A DNA stretch of 63,998 nt, counting the filler, from Trypethelium eluteriae (lineage: Eukaryota): NCBI GenBank assembly GCA_051942245.1. It is 3 parts of 3 records of this genome, joined end to end, with 100 filler letters (N's around TTAATTAATTAA, not from the genome) between each part and the next. Parts side by side here need not be neighbours in the genome. Positions count along the whole stretch, not along the records: positions 22,712 to 45,308 come from JAVECL010000439.1; 2 more parts are not named here. One strand, given 5' to 3'. Under the pieces are notes generated by a model. It was given only the letters and a program-made list of their open reading frames with translations. It did not search any database and was not told where the DNA came from. The position numbers and the translations under genes are program-made. This document shows, piece after piece, positions 26,503 through 38,174 of this stretch. The stretch's first letter is position 1; each line of letters begins with the position of its first letter.

Positions 26503-28074
26503 CTATTGATTGCTAAATGACAGTAGGCTTACGCTCCCACCCAGCGCTTCCGTCGCGAAGTTGAAGATCCCATACCGATAACCGGTAAAATATTGATACC
26601 CAGTGTTCATCGTGAAGCTTTTACCAAGCGCCTCGAAGGTCGTGCCATCTACGCTATATGCGAACGAAGCTTGCTTATTACTATTCGGCATGACGTTCAT
26701 CTGTGTCCGCAGCCAGATCTTGCTTGTTCCACTGGGCAAATCTGTGTTCGCCGCTACAGTGCCGTTGCTTACCGTGGTCCAGCTGTTATTTGGATCTTGC
26801 GTGGCATTGTAGATCATGCGGACGGCAAAGTTGGTACCGCTACGAATGACCTCAATCCAGGCGCTTTGGTCTCGGAACGCTGCAAGCCCGGCGCGGTCGC
26901 CGTCTGCCATGTTGGAGAAGTCAAGCTCTGCGGTGCCGACTGGGTTGGGACCGTACGTGCGGTGGGTCAGGACATTGCGTGCGCTGTACAGATCATTCGT
27001 GACCGTCGCCGTGTAAAGCGTTACGTTGCCGCTGCTGAAGGTGTATTTTGTGGTATCTGGGTTGAAGTTCCACTCCCATTGCGGGCTTAGCGCAGTACCG
27101 CTGAACTCGTCTGTTCCGGTCCAGTTTGTTAGCACCTGCGGTGTCGCAGGGTATTGATACGAAGAGCCCCAAGCTCCGTTGATCTCTACCAGCGAAGGCC
27201 AGCCTTCGTCTGACCATTCAATGGGCGCGATTAGCGGGATGCGCCCTGACGGATAGTCCCAGCTGCAAGACATGAAGTACCATTGCCCACTCGGTCCTTC
27301 GACGAGACTACCCTGATCGATAAGACCACCACCGGGCAAAGGTGAGCCGACATTTGTTTGCAATGTCTGATTCTCCCATGGGCCCCAGATGTTTGTCGCT
27401 CGCCAAATGAGAGTCACCCCTTGCGGCGAATCGTCGAGAATGTAGTACGTTCCGTTGATCTTGTATAATCGATTACCTTCAACTCCTTGCAAGTTTGTTG
27501 GTCCACTAAAGATTTGCTGAGTCTTGACCTGACTCAAACCATCAGAAGCTAGCTGGGCGATGTTGACATTCGTATTTCCGTACGCGACATACATTGTATC
27601 GTCGTCATCGATGAGAAGCCCGCAGTCGTAGTAGCAAGTACTTCCCGGCAGCACGGCAGCTTGCTTCCATGGCCCGGTCACATCAGGCGCAGTATAGATG
27701 TATGTATTCCAGAACCCAATGCATCCAATCCAATACCAAGTCTTGTTGCTGGCTCGATAGCGCATCGTAGATGCCCAAATACCTTGCACCCAAGCCGGAG
27801 TCCCTGACATATCATAAGAGGCGCCGAAGTCCAGCACTGGGACAGAATGACCGATAAACTCCCAGTTGACTAGATCGAAGGACTTCAATATAGGGCCGCC
27901 AGGGGAGAATTGGAAGCTGGATGCGGAGAAGTAGTAGGCGCCATCCGGTCCTTTGAACACATCATTGTCTGCGAAGTCTGAATAGACGACTGGATTTGTA
28001 AAGTTTGTTTGCGCGTTGCAATTAGGTAGTAAGACTACGAAGGAGGCAATAAGTGCAACAAAAGCCAACAACAT
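26503..28074 (-). CDS. Secreted glycoside hydrolase family 43 (beta-xylosidase/arabinofuranosidase, FsAxh1-like) with C-terminal beta-sandwich domain
   Basis: Intronless 523-aa ORF; signal peptide; FTNPVVYSDFADNDV, ILKSFDLVNWE, YYDCGLLIDDD, VEGNRLYKING, QWEWNFNPD, FTGYRYGIFNFAT. Confidence 0.93.
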   Translation of the reverse strand: MLLAFVALIASFVVLLPNCNAQTNFTNPVVYSDFADNDVFKGPDGAYYFSASSFQFSPGGPILKSFDLVNWEFIGHSVPVLDFGASYDMSGTPAWVQGIWASTMRYRASNKTWYWIGCIGFWNTYIYTAPDVTGPWKQAAVLPGSTCYYDCGLLIDDDDTMYVAYGNTNVNIAQLASDGLSQVKTQQIFSGPTNLQGVEGNRLYKINGTYYILDDSPQGVTLIWRATNIWGPWENQTLQTNVGSPLPGGGLIDQGSLVEGPSGQWYFMSCSWDYPSGRIPLIAPIEWSDEGWPSLVEINGAWGSSYQYPATPQVLTNWTGTDEFSGTALSPQWEWNFNPDTTKYTFSSGNVTLYTATVTNDLYSARNVLTHRTYGPNPVGTAELDFSNMADGDRAGLAAFRDQSAWIEVIRSGTNFAVRMIYNATQDPNNSWTTVSNGTVAANTDLPSGTSKIWLRTQMNVMPNSNKQASFAYSVDGTTFEALGKSFTMNTGYQYFTGYRYGIFNFATEALGGSVSLLSFSNQ

Positions 28075-29245
28075 GGTCGATGAAGGAGTGCAAAGTACCG
28101 CAGTGACGGAAGAGATCGGTTCGAGGAGAGCTTTTCAGAGATTAAGCAGTTCTTTATGTGTTACACTCTGTAACATTTTCTAGACCTCAGCCATTGGATA
28201 AAAGATGAATTTTCCGTTTGGTCACCTGATAAATGGGAGATTAATGTGCCCTGCAGCGGTCCGTACCGTGCCTATACTGATCCCCAGGATCTTCTTGAGG
28301 GATGCAATGCCGTGACTGCCTACCAAATCATAGCCTACAATTGCCCTGCGTCAAATACCATGATTGGTGGTCTTTCAGGCACCCTCCAATAGGATATACA
28401 TGGGATTTAGTTAGTGCTGTCAGGAAATTAATGAAAGGCGGGGTAACTAGCAAGGGTCAAAATTAAGGCACGAGGCAGTGGAAGACAATCATTTGTAAAT
28501 AAAGTAAGCATATATTGATGGAAGGAGAATGTTGCGCTTATCTGACTGGATTGGTATTCAATCTCTCTTCCTACAAGTAGTGGCAAGGTTCTCAATGGTC
28601 ATGGCCGAAGGCCAGTTGTGGTAGAAATAAAAGCGGTGAACTGAGAACACTGAGATTTGGTTTGTGTATGGTCTGGGTTACGGAGAGGCAGAAGACGAAA
28701 CTAAATAGGGTATGCGCTAGTACAGATGAGGTGGTAACAGCCACCAAAAGGTCCCCCCAAGCATAACGAACAATTGGTTCCAACAATCTATCTTGTCTTG
28801 CTGTGCCTCCATACAGTCGTGCAAGTAGAGAGCTTATGAAGATTCTGCCTCATCAAGCTGTTTGACGTGTCCGGTGTCTTCGGCTCCCTTTTCCCCTGAT
28901 ATTGCTTACATGCAGATGCTTCGTCCATATGATGCATTCCTGAAATCCTTCATTTCTTTGACCGCTATCTCAGTTTCTTCCCGTGAACAATTCTAGACAT
29001 ACCTAGTGAATGCCTACAGAAGGAGTGAACATAATGAATCTTGCATCACCTTCGAAGTGAAGGATTGTATTACCATTACATCGTTTTCTTTCTTCAACTA
29101 TAAAAGGTACACCTTCCTTCCTTTCTATTTCCCTCTCTTCATTGGGTGTAAGCGACTAGGTTTATACAACCATTCAAATCCTCCCCCCATTTCGATATTA
29201 TATTACAACAATTAAGTAGTAGTGCAGTATCAGATTCGGCTCCGA

Positions 29246-31943
29246 TTATACCCGCGGACATCCAAGCTTGCCATTATCACTAGTGGGTGTACAGAAGCCA
29301 CTTCTCAAAGTTCCTTGGTAATTGGCATTGGGAGAAACACTATTCGCCCCGTTCTTGGTGACAGACTTGCTTTCCTGGGTGCTTGTCAGGTCGCAGAATG
29401 TGTTGGCCCCCGCGCATCCCGTGGCGCCATCACGGTTGTTACAGCGTGGTAGACAGGCTTGAGTTTGCTTCTTCTGGCCATTACCGCACGTCACTTGGAC
29501 AGGTCGACAAACGGAGTTGGCAGAACAGGCGCCGCTCTTACCGCACGCGACGATTTCGGTATGGGCGACGGATCGGGCGATGCCGTCTTCCAATCCGCCG
29601 GTGACTTCAGTGTTGAAATCGGCAATGCGGTTGATGCTTGTTGCGTCGAGAGAAGGTAATTGAGCGGTGGGGGCGGGTGGAGCCTTAGACGCGGCCTTTC
29701 CATTGATCGTAGAGTATCCTGTTGAGCCCTCTACGCAAAGGGAGTCGTCTTCCCACGTCGCATTGGCTGCATCGCGCCACAGTTGTGGCATGTTATATAC
29801 GTTAGCTAACGTATAGAAGATGCGACAATCGGCAGCTTCGTATTTGAATTGCAGTGGTGTCGAATCGTTCGGTCGGACCTGGTCTCGGAGGTTTAAGCCA
29901 GCATAAGTAACATAAAATGACAAGTCGCGCTGGGGCAAAGTCGAATTGGCGGTCTCGTTCTGGGACGCTGCAAATTCAAAATCCTCATCTAGATCATCAG
30001 AGGAATAGACTCGGGCACCACGAGTTCCGCTGGCGGCCTGCATGGGGCCTGTCTCCGGCCTTCCTCCAACAACAATGGTTCGTGCGCCGGCTTGATGGAC
30101 CATCATCTCCAAAAATAGGGAGCAGGAAGATGCGCAGATGCCATCCGTAAGCTATTCACCACCAAGTCAGTTCACCAAGCATCATAGATATAGAGTTCTC
30201 CATGGACATACAAGAAGAATATCATCTGCGGCGAATGGTTGGCTAGTTGTGACAGGCGTGTCTGGCGTGTATCCATAGGGAAGCCAGCCATCGAATGCCC
30301 ATTCGTCAAAGACCTCACTGGAGAGATTGTAACGTTCCTGAAAAAGCGGGTTCTGTTAGCCTGTGGAAAAATTCCAAGAAAGTACTAAACTGACCGTTAG
30401 AGAAAATTGGTCCCCTTGGTAAGTCAGCGGCCCAAAGTATTCTTCCCAAGATGAGAAGTTTTGTCCAGTCTCGGCGTTTAAGCGATCGGTAATTACCCAT
30501 TCATCTGCCGCGTACGTTTCGTCCTGGCTCTCGTCGAAATATCCCGTTATCGCACCGCCCAAGATATTGGCTAGATCATGGCTTCGTCTTCGGCTGCCAG
30601 CGAACGGGTCGATGGTTGGGAAGAATTGGCGAAACATGTCAAAGACTAGCTCAACGTTGCCACCTGAGTTTTGCTGGAGATCAATGATCACTTTGGATAG
30701 GCCGGCTTTTGACGCATTGCCAATGAAATCGGCCACTGTCTGTGAGAAAGTTCCTACATCATCGCCAGATTGCTCAAAGGTTGGCACTGAAAGTACAGCG
30801 ACAGAAGTATCGTGTAAGAAGTATCCAGTCAGTACGCCTCCGCCTTCAACAGAGAGATCTGGCTGTACTATATCGGGATTGTTTGGATAGGCGCCAGAGC
30901 TCGCGTTGAAGAAAGATGTTGTCGACGAGCTCCCCTCAGGCGAATCATCCCCACTATCATCCGAATCCGATGTCGCGTTGTATGATGCCGGAAGAAATCC
31001 AAGGACAAAATAATTGAAAAAGTCGCCAGCTGTTTCCAGTGGACCAGTGTCATCTGGATTATTGTAGATGGCGAGCCAGTATGTTGGGACTTGAGTACTA
31101 TTCGCAAACGTGAAGTTCAGGGTATCCCCAGGGTAAAAGGTTGCTGCACCGCCAAAGACAGATGTAAATCCCTGGATATCCAATGCTGGAGTATCCATGA
31201 GCTGATTCCAGTCCGCATGTGGCTCCAGCGTCCCTGCCGAGTTGAGAGCCGCGAATTGAGTCAAATACGCAATAGCGTCCTCTCCATTAATGGACGCAAT
31301 CGGGCTCGGCTGCCAGCCTTCCTGCTGACTCGCAATAATGTCGTCAGTAAAGAAAACCTGTGGTGGCTGCTTGCCATCGATCGAAGCGGATGTAATGGAA
31401 TAAGGGCTTGCGAAAGAAAAGGCGGCCAAGGCACCGGCTGACAGTGTGACATGCGTATCGTGCATCGCATAGATGAGAAGTTGGAGGTCGGCCTCAAAAG
31501 CATACTCGTTTTTGTAATAACCAGCAGTAATGTTCTGCTGGATAAGGTCGAGCTGACTGAGGACGTCGACGGCCGGCTGCTGATACCCCTGAGGAGGATG
31601 TTGTAGGTAAGCTACAGTGGACTGGAACTGAAGGGTCGTGTTGTAATATTGAATGAAGCTTGATGCTACCGCGGGATTAAATGGCACACTTGTCAAACAG
31701 TCATATGCATCTTCGGCGTCAAAATAGATTTGACCTGCATCACATCAGCCCAAAAGCCCCGACTGAAAGATAGCTACACGACTATACGATCCTATACATA
31801 CCTTCGTCAACTGCTGAAATAATGTCACCACATATTGTTGCCTGTGCGACGGCGCTGCTAACTGTGGATGATGATCCATCTTGAGGTTTCGCAAGTACGA
31901 GGACAGGGAGACACCATAAAGCCGTGAAGAGAACGAGCGACAT
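29246..31943 (-). CDS. Secreted peptidase family S41 protein (ustP/CPAF-like) with a Cys-rich C-terminal tail
   Basis: Signal peptide MSLVLFTALWCLPVLVLA at 31943; AYDCLTSVPF, DTHV, IIDLQQNSGG, LTDGICASSCSLF (catalytic Ser region), GGRPETGPMQA, PLQFKYEAADCRIFYT; three introns. Confidence 0.88.
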
Positions 31944-32572
31944 GGCGAGAACAAGCGACACACTTTGCGCAAAAGCCGGCGAACTGCTGCTCTTGCTTTC
32001 GAACGAGGCTCCCTAATTATCTTATGTAAATGCATCGTATTTAGCGGAGCCTCAACCTCACCGGTCTGCGAGCTGAACGGATGCTAGTTCAGATTCGTTT
32101 TCACGCTTGGTCGTAAAGCTATAAAAGGTAATGACAAGTACAGGCCGTCCCGCAGGCCCCTGTTAGAGATTTTCTCTTATTGGCTAGCAAAAGGCTTACC
32201 TTGGTGGGTCAACAAGGAGGTTGACTCAGCCAGCACTTACCAGTCCCAAGGAGATCTTTGCCGTGGTCGTTGCTCTAGTCAGACAGAAGCGGCATGGGAG
32301 CGCGCCTCATCTGCGCTTCGTCTACATCCGGACTAACTATCGTTCAGCCGTGGCGTTCGATCAAATTAATTGCAGCCAATTCTCGGTATCTCCGTTGCCA
32401 CTAAAATGCATGCTGGGCTTGTTGTATCAGGTCAAATTTTCGCCTTGATCTCGCCTGTTCTGCGGTATTATTTCTTTGGCTTATCCTTGCGCCACACTTT
32501 GTTATAAAGCATCGCGACTCCGTTGGCGCCGAAGCTCCGTCCCACTGTAACTCTACCGTAGACAAAGGTGCC

Positions 32573-34511
32573 ATGGCCTACACGTTCCAGACCTATATAG
32601 CGGAAGAACCTCCCACTGTTTGGCCTGACATTTATCCTCCTCTTTTCGACTGGTTCTTTCAGTCAGATGAATTTCTGAATTGGTGTCAGGGCGAGGGCAC
32701 ATGGCAGCTTCACTGCGTCGGCGGCCCAGGCTCCGGCAAAGTATGTAACATTGCATGTATTCGCAAGCATACAGGATCAGACCTACCTGAGAGGGGCGTG
32801 CTGACGTCTAGAGCAGACGACCTTGTCTGCCTTAGCTGTGCGCAAACTTCGGGAACATTGTCAACAAACTAGTCGGAGAGCTGTAGCTTCGTTGTTCATC
32901 AGATCAGATGTGCGCTCGAACGAAGCCGACTTGGTCGAAGACATGTTGAACAGTATCTGGTGTCAGCTTGGCAAGGGTCTTGACACGTCATGCAAGGCCT
33001 ATCAGCAGTACAAAGAAGCTTGCCAGAAAGGTAGCCGAGCCGCACTTCGTATCAAGGCGATTCGAAAGGCCCTCGAAGTTCGGCTACGTGACCTGGACGG
33101 CTCATTCGTCATCTTGGACGATCTCGACCGTTGCAGTCCAGCTTTAGATGTGCTGTTACGAGATCAACTGGCGATACTGCAAAGGCATCACCTGAAAATT
33201 ATGACCACCTCACGCTATCCGCTCTGGGACGTGGGTGAATTAGACGTAGAGTCAGTAGTACCAGAGAAAATGTTTTGTGATGGACCCAGATGTCCGGACC
33301 TTTCCACCGACTCGCCGCTATCTCTATTTTGGACATGCGCACATTGCTGGGACTACCCAAGCGGTGCTGAAGAGTATTTCGTCTTGTGTTACTCTTGCAT
33401 CAAGGATGATCCGCAGTGTGTATATTGGTAAGTTTCGTTACGTTGTTTTGAGGCTGTCTTGAGAATCGATCTCCTCCCGAAAGCTCCTCGTTTTCGAAAT
33501 CTCTCGATGTTTTGCTACTTTGTGAACAATTGCTAATCGCAAAGAAGTGGAAATACCTCTAAATTTCTCGAACCTTACGATCATCGTAATGTTGAGATCG
33601 ACAACATTCCTCACAGCAGTATGATCTCGTTCGTGAAGTGGGATCTCGAAAGGGAACATGGAGATCTTGGGTTTCGAATCCCCATTGAAGCAAGGCAAAG
33701 GCCTTCATCCAAGCTGGGCATTGCGCTCCGTCAGAACAGTGGTGAAGGTGCTGAAGAACTGCAAAAAACCATTGTAGAGAGAGCTTCCGGCAACGTGGGA
33801 ATGGCAAAACTAAGACTTGAGATGACTTATGCCAGCACTTCTCTCGAAGAGGTCAAAGTAACTCGTGATCGCCTGCCACATCATATTGTTGCCACCTTCG
33901 ACGCAGGTGTTAGTCGAATAGAAGAGCAGCCAAGAGCACAGCGAGAGCTGGGACTCAGAATCATAGCTGCGAGCTGTCAGGCATCCCAAGGAGTTCCATT
34001 GAAGACCCTCGAGCAATGGTTAGGTCAGCCTTTTAGGAGTCCAGAGGACCTTTATCAAGTGACGGGAGGCTTGGTGAAGATCGACCGGACTACCGAGCGC
34101 AGGGTTGAAGCATACCATGACACGTTTGGCGTGTATGTGAGGGAGAACTATAACGAGTCTCTATTCCGGGCCAGGTCTGCGCTTCGCATCAAAAGAATTC
34201 CCCGATCTGCCTCTGTGGAAGTTTTTCGTGTGGCGGATGCAACGCCGGCGAACGAGGAGTTTCTCGATCTGTTCGCGAGTCCCCAAGACAAAGAAGCACA
34301 AAGATCTGCCGTGACAACGCTTCTTGACGAACTTTCGAGCATCTCAATAGGACTCGAGGACAGATGCTCTCTCGCGAGGCTAGCAAAAGTCGAAAGAGAA
34401 AGATCAAGTTGCTGTGGTTATATTTGGAGAAGTGTTGATCTTCACAAGGAAGCTGACAATGAAAGGTCGATCTTGGTCCAGGGATCAATCAAGCCAGAGT
34501 TTGAGACCTAA
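32573..34511 (+). CDS. NACHT-type STAND NTPase with an inserted Cys-rich zinc-finger-like segment; no N-terminal effector or C-terminal repeats
   Basis: WFFQSDEFLNW, Walker A GGPGSGK|TT (intron 32741-32816), Walker B FVILDDLDRC, sensor IMTTSR, four CxxC-like pairs across intron 33428-33547, RASGNVGMAKLRL, winged-helix-like YHDTFGVYV. Confidence 0.8.
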
Positions 34512-36753
34512 CGTACAATCATACGCACCAGCCGGACTGGTTGGGATGTAATTAGAGCTGGTGGTTTGTAGCCGATTCCACATCCTAGCACTAATGTTTT
34601 GGAAATGAAAGGCGCCTACCCTATGATAATGGCGATCTGCAGCTGCAGACTCTAATACGATTCCGATGCCATCATAGACGCTGCTTTCGTCTCTTGCATG
34701 TCTAGTTGCAACAAGGGCGAGCAAGAGATACGACTGGTCGGATGCAAGCTTGAGATCGGGAAATACCTCAAGGGTGCCATCACTGTCCTGGCTGTCACCA
34801 TCGAAAAAGATAGGTACCCATTTGCTCTCTGAGACGATGTGATGCAAGTGCACACTGACCAAGTGTCCCTGAATCTGGATAGATTTGCTTCGAAGTTGGG
34901 GTTCCTTATCCAAATTCTTCTCGGTCTGTATCCACTTTGAATGATTTTGTGTCACAGATTCTATCGTGCTTTCTCTGCTGTTTTTCATCGCCGCAATTCG
35001 CCTATCCATGCGCTGGAATTCTTCAGCCCAGTCCTTCGATGAGTTATCAGAGCCAAATCCAATCTGGTCCGTGACATCAAATCGGAGCGGTCTTACTTCA
35101 TGGTCTTTGACATAATAAAATCGTTCTTTTTCTAGAAGGCGCTCCTGAAGCTGTATAGCTCCATTAATCGAAGCCCATGACCATGTTGGGTTGTTGCTGA
35201 GATCTGGTGGCCGCTCCAGAAGCTCACAGCTGGAAACTCTCCAGGCCAATTGTTCTTCGAGGTTTCTTTGCCAGAGACCGGCGCCGTACTTCTCTCCCAG
35301 AGCATCCCGGATAAGCTTTGCGACACCCCAGACAGCCACCAATTTGTCTTTACCATTTGTTAAATTGCAAGAAGTATAGTAGAGCACAGCATTCTTCCAA
35401 AATTGCTCCACAGAATAGTCTGCAGGCCCAACTAAAGTCTGTTGTCGGAGAGAACTTGGGTCCTGGAGGCCGCTGCGCCAGTATCTGTCTGCTCCCGCGA
35501 TCTCATCCACGCGCCCAGGGAGACCTGAAGGGAACGTCTCGCAAGCGCTCATCGTCGCACAGTCCCAAAAAATTTGGTGTTTTACAAAATGTAGAAGTCG
35601 TGGCGAGAGCATCCGCTCTAGTAAGAATATCTTAGCCAGTGATCCAAATGCAGTGCTTCATAAGGAAAATCGGCATACCTTGAAATACCCATCCACGACT
35701 ATATACGTGGGAAGAAAGAAGCTCGCGTACCCAAAAATCCTCAGGTATGACTATCCAGGGCTGATCGCCGAATAGCAGCGAGCTACTGCGCGCTTGGTAC
35801 TTCGTAGTAAGAACGCCTTGGAAGATTCTATTACGAAATAGGCCACCAGTACCGTCCTTAGAATCAGCAGCAGCAAAATTGCAATAAGAATTTCTGTAGA
35901 CGTGGTGCATGAGCGTGGCCTCTTGAGAGAAATCTCCCCCTTCTCCTTGGACGATGCAAAGCGAATCAATCCAAATATACGGCACGCCCAAGAACCGACC
36001 GATCTCGATCGCCTGCTTGAAATTTTCAGGCAAGTCTTCCAGAGGGACACCGTCGGTTGTAAATTCAAGCTCGTTCTGTCTTGTCAAACGAGTTGGAGTG
36101 AACCATGGCGTTCCCCAGCAGTGGCTCAGGGTGACATATGGACCACTGGCTATCCGCTCCTTCTTCGTCTCAGCTACTCGAATGCGCTGCGCACCGTGTG
36201 AGCTGATATCTAGCAATCTTGTAGGGATGAACGTTTTCTTGTTCTGGTGCTGCCGACAAGCTTTGTGCCCATGATTGCATTCGTCAATCCAACGCTTGAT
36301 TTGTGTGCCTGAGTGCTTTAGAGTCGTCGTCTCTCCCAGCTTTCGTGTTGAACGCATGCCATCAAGATCTACTTAGATTTAGTTATCTATAGTACGTAGA
36401 CTTCTCAGCTGGCCATGCGGTGAATTTTAACCTTTTTCTGGAGATAAATAAAACCTTCGTTCAGGTAGCATTTCATCCTGTTGTAAGTCTTCGACTTTAT
36501 CATCTCCGTCTTGAGCAATAACTGGCCTGAATGTTACGAGGACCGCGTCATGGCTCTCACGGATGCGAGTCAGCCTGGTGAGACCCCAGTGGTGTACAGG
36601 CCACTTTCGTCCGACCAAATTTTTCGCGTCCTTGAAGAGAGAAGAGCAAAAGATGCATTCTTTTGCACATTCGAGGTCCTGCAATGAAGTTTTATGATTG
36701 CCCCATGCATGCCGACTCTCGAGAACATTTGAAGTACAGAAATTGCAAATCAT
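34485..36753 (-). CDS. HET-domain (heterokaryon incompatibility, PF06985-type) protein
   Basis: N-terminal CxxC...H...CxxC; PTRLLDI, YVTLSHCWG, YIWIDSLCIVQ, MHHVYRNS, SRGWVFQ|ERMLSPRLLHF, YGAGLW, PTWSWAS; introns ~36430-36369 and ~35679-35620. Confidence 0.92.
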
Positions 36754-37583
36754 TGTTCCTAATTTCTGTTCCAGGTCAGATTAAACAGGGCAAGTGACAG
36801 GACACATTGCAATTTGCCGGTAAAAGTGACGAGGCTCAATGTAAGGGGGCAGATCAGAGGGAAGGCAGATTTGGGAGGGTAGCAGGGTTCGTGTCAGAGC
36901 CCTTACATGTGCGGACCTCCGTATGACGTGTGAGACAGCCCGTGAGACGTCTGAGCCAGGGGCAAGGTTCACCAAAACCACTTACATTAGGTACACATAA
37001 TGGCCACTGACCACGAGGTACGCTGGTTCAGATCAAAAAACAATCCTTTAGCAGCTTCGAAGGGGCGATCGAAGTGTTAGCGATAAGAAGAGTACTACGG
37101 TATACCTTAGTACCTTACACCCCGGCACAGTGGTGTCACAGCAACCTAGGTACCTATTGTTAGAGGAAGCCGCTCCCGTATGAGGTGCAGGGGCAGGTGG
37201 GACCGGACCGGATCCCACGGTAGATATTGCCACATTTGCTCTAATGTATGCAGCTATTATTGAGGACAAAGTGACCGCACCTATGTCCCAACTTGGTCCA
37301 TTGATACAGCTAGTTGACTCAGCAAAAATATTCCTGGCTCAGCTTCGGCTCAACTTGCTCACGCTTGCACCGCCTTGACTCGAGGTGAATCACGGTCGCT
37401 CAAGCTTAATCTCACTGCCTCAAGTCTCGGTCACGATTCATTCTCGACCTCTCCGTCATCTGGGCTATTGCATCTTTCTATCAGCCTCACGACATATTCG
37501 ACCAGGCGAAAGATTATTGTGCCCGACGAAAGTTCTGCTAGAGAAAACACTTAGCCAGTCAAGTCGATTAAACAAACGAACCT

Positions 37584-37630
37584 ATCGGCCAGACGGACCC
37601 ATTGGCCAGACGGCAAGATTGGCCAGATGG
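37584..37630. repeat. Three-copy 17-bp-period repeat, core T(C/T)GGCCAGA(C/T)GG
   Basis: atcggccagacgg accc attggccagacgg caag attggccagatgg. Confidence 0.75.
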
Positions 37631-38174
37631 TGATTTGCGCTAGCCTCTGTGGTCGCTGTTAAGCTCTTAACTTCGATTCTCTACACCCCCAGAACGTTAC
37701 TCCAACAACGCCACCGTCCATACCTCTGGCCCCCCACGAAAAAATCTGCAAAGGGAAATGCGATGAGTGCATCGCTAAGTGGATCCCATGTAGGCCTACC
37801 GCTGCGATTGACAGCCGTGTTACTTGTGGTTGCTGCCTCGAGGCTAAGAGAGAGTGTTCTCGTAGTAGGGACACCAGAGTTCGGCGACAGCGAAGACGTT
37901 TAGCGTAAAGTAATTTCCGTGTATATTGTTACAGGAGGCCTATTTAGGAAACCTACCATCTTATTCTTCGACACAGAGAATATGAGCATTCTTTTAGTTT
38001 CGATTCTTCGTTTACTGAGCCACGAATCATAGCTCCACATTCTAAGGTACGTGACACGTGACTATGGTGTTGGTAAAATCTCGGTGTGGCGGTGCATCCT
38101 TGGCAAAATCTGAAATCGACTTCATGACTCTTCAATTGTCAAACTTTACAAGCAACGCTTGATCAAGTAACGTC

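Noticed and set aside
29246..31943. Ustiloxin-type RiPP cluster around the S41 peptidase
   Set aside because: No DUF3328/UstYa oxidase or Kex2-repeat precursor gene is visible in the window.
32573..36753. Amyloid signalling motif or gasdermin partner for the NACHT gene
   Set aside because: The short NACHT N-terminus lacks N/Q/G-rich pseudo-repeats, and no HeLo/HELL or gasdermin gene is seen nearby.
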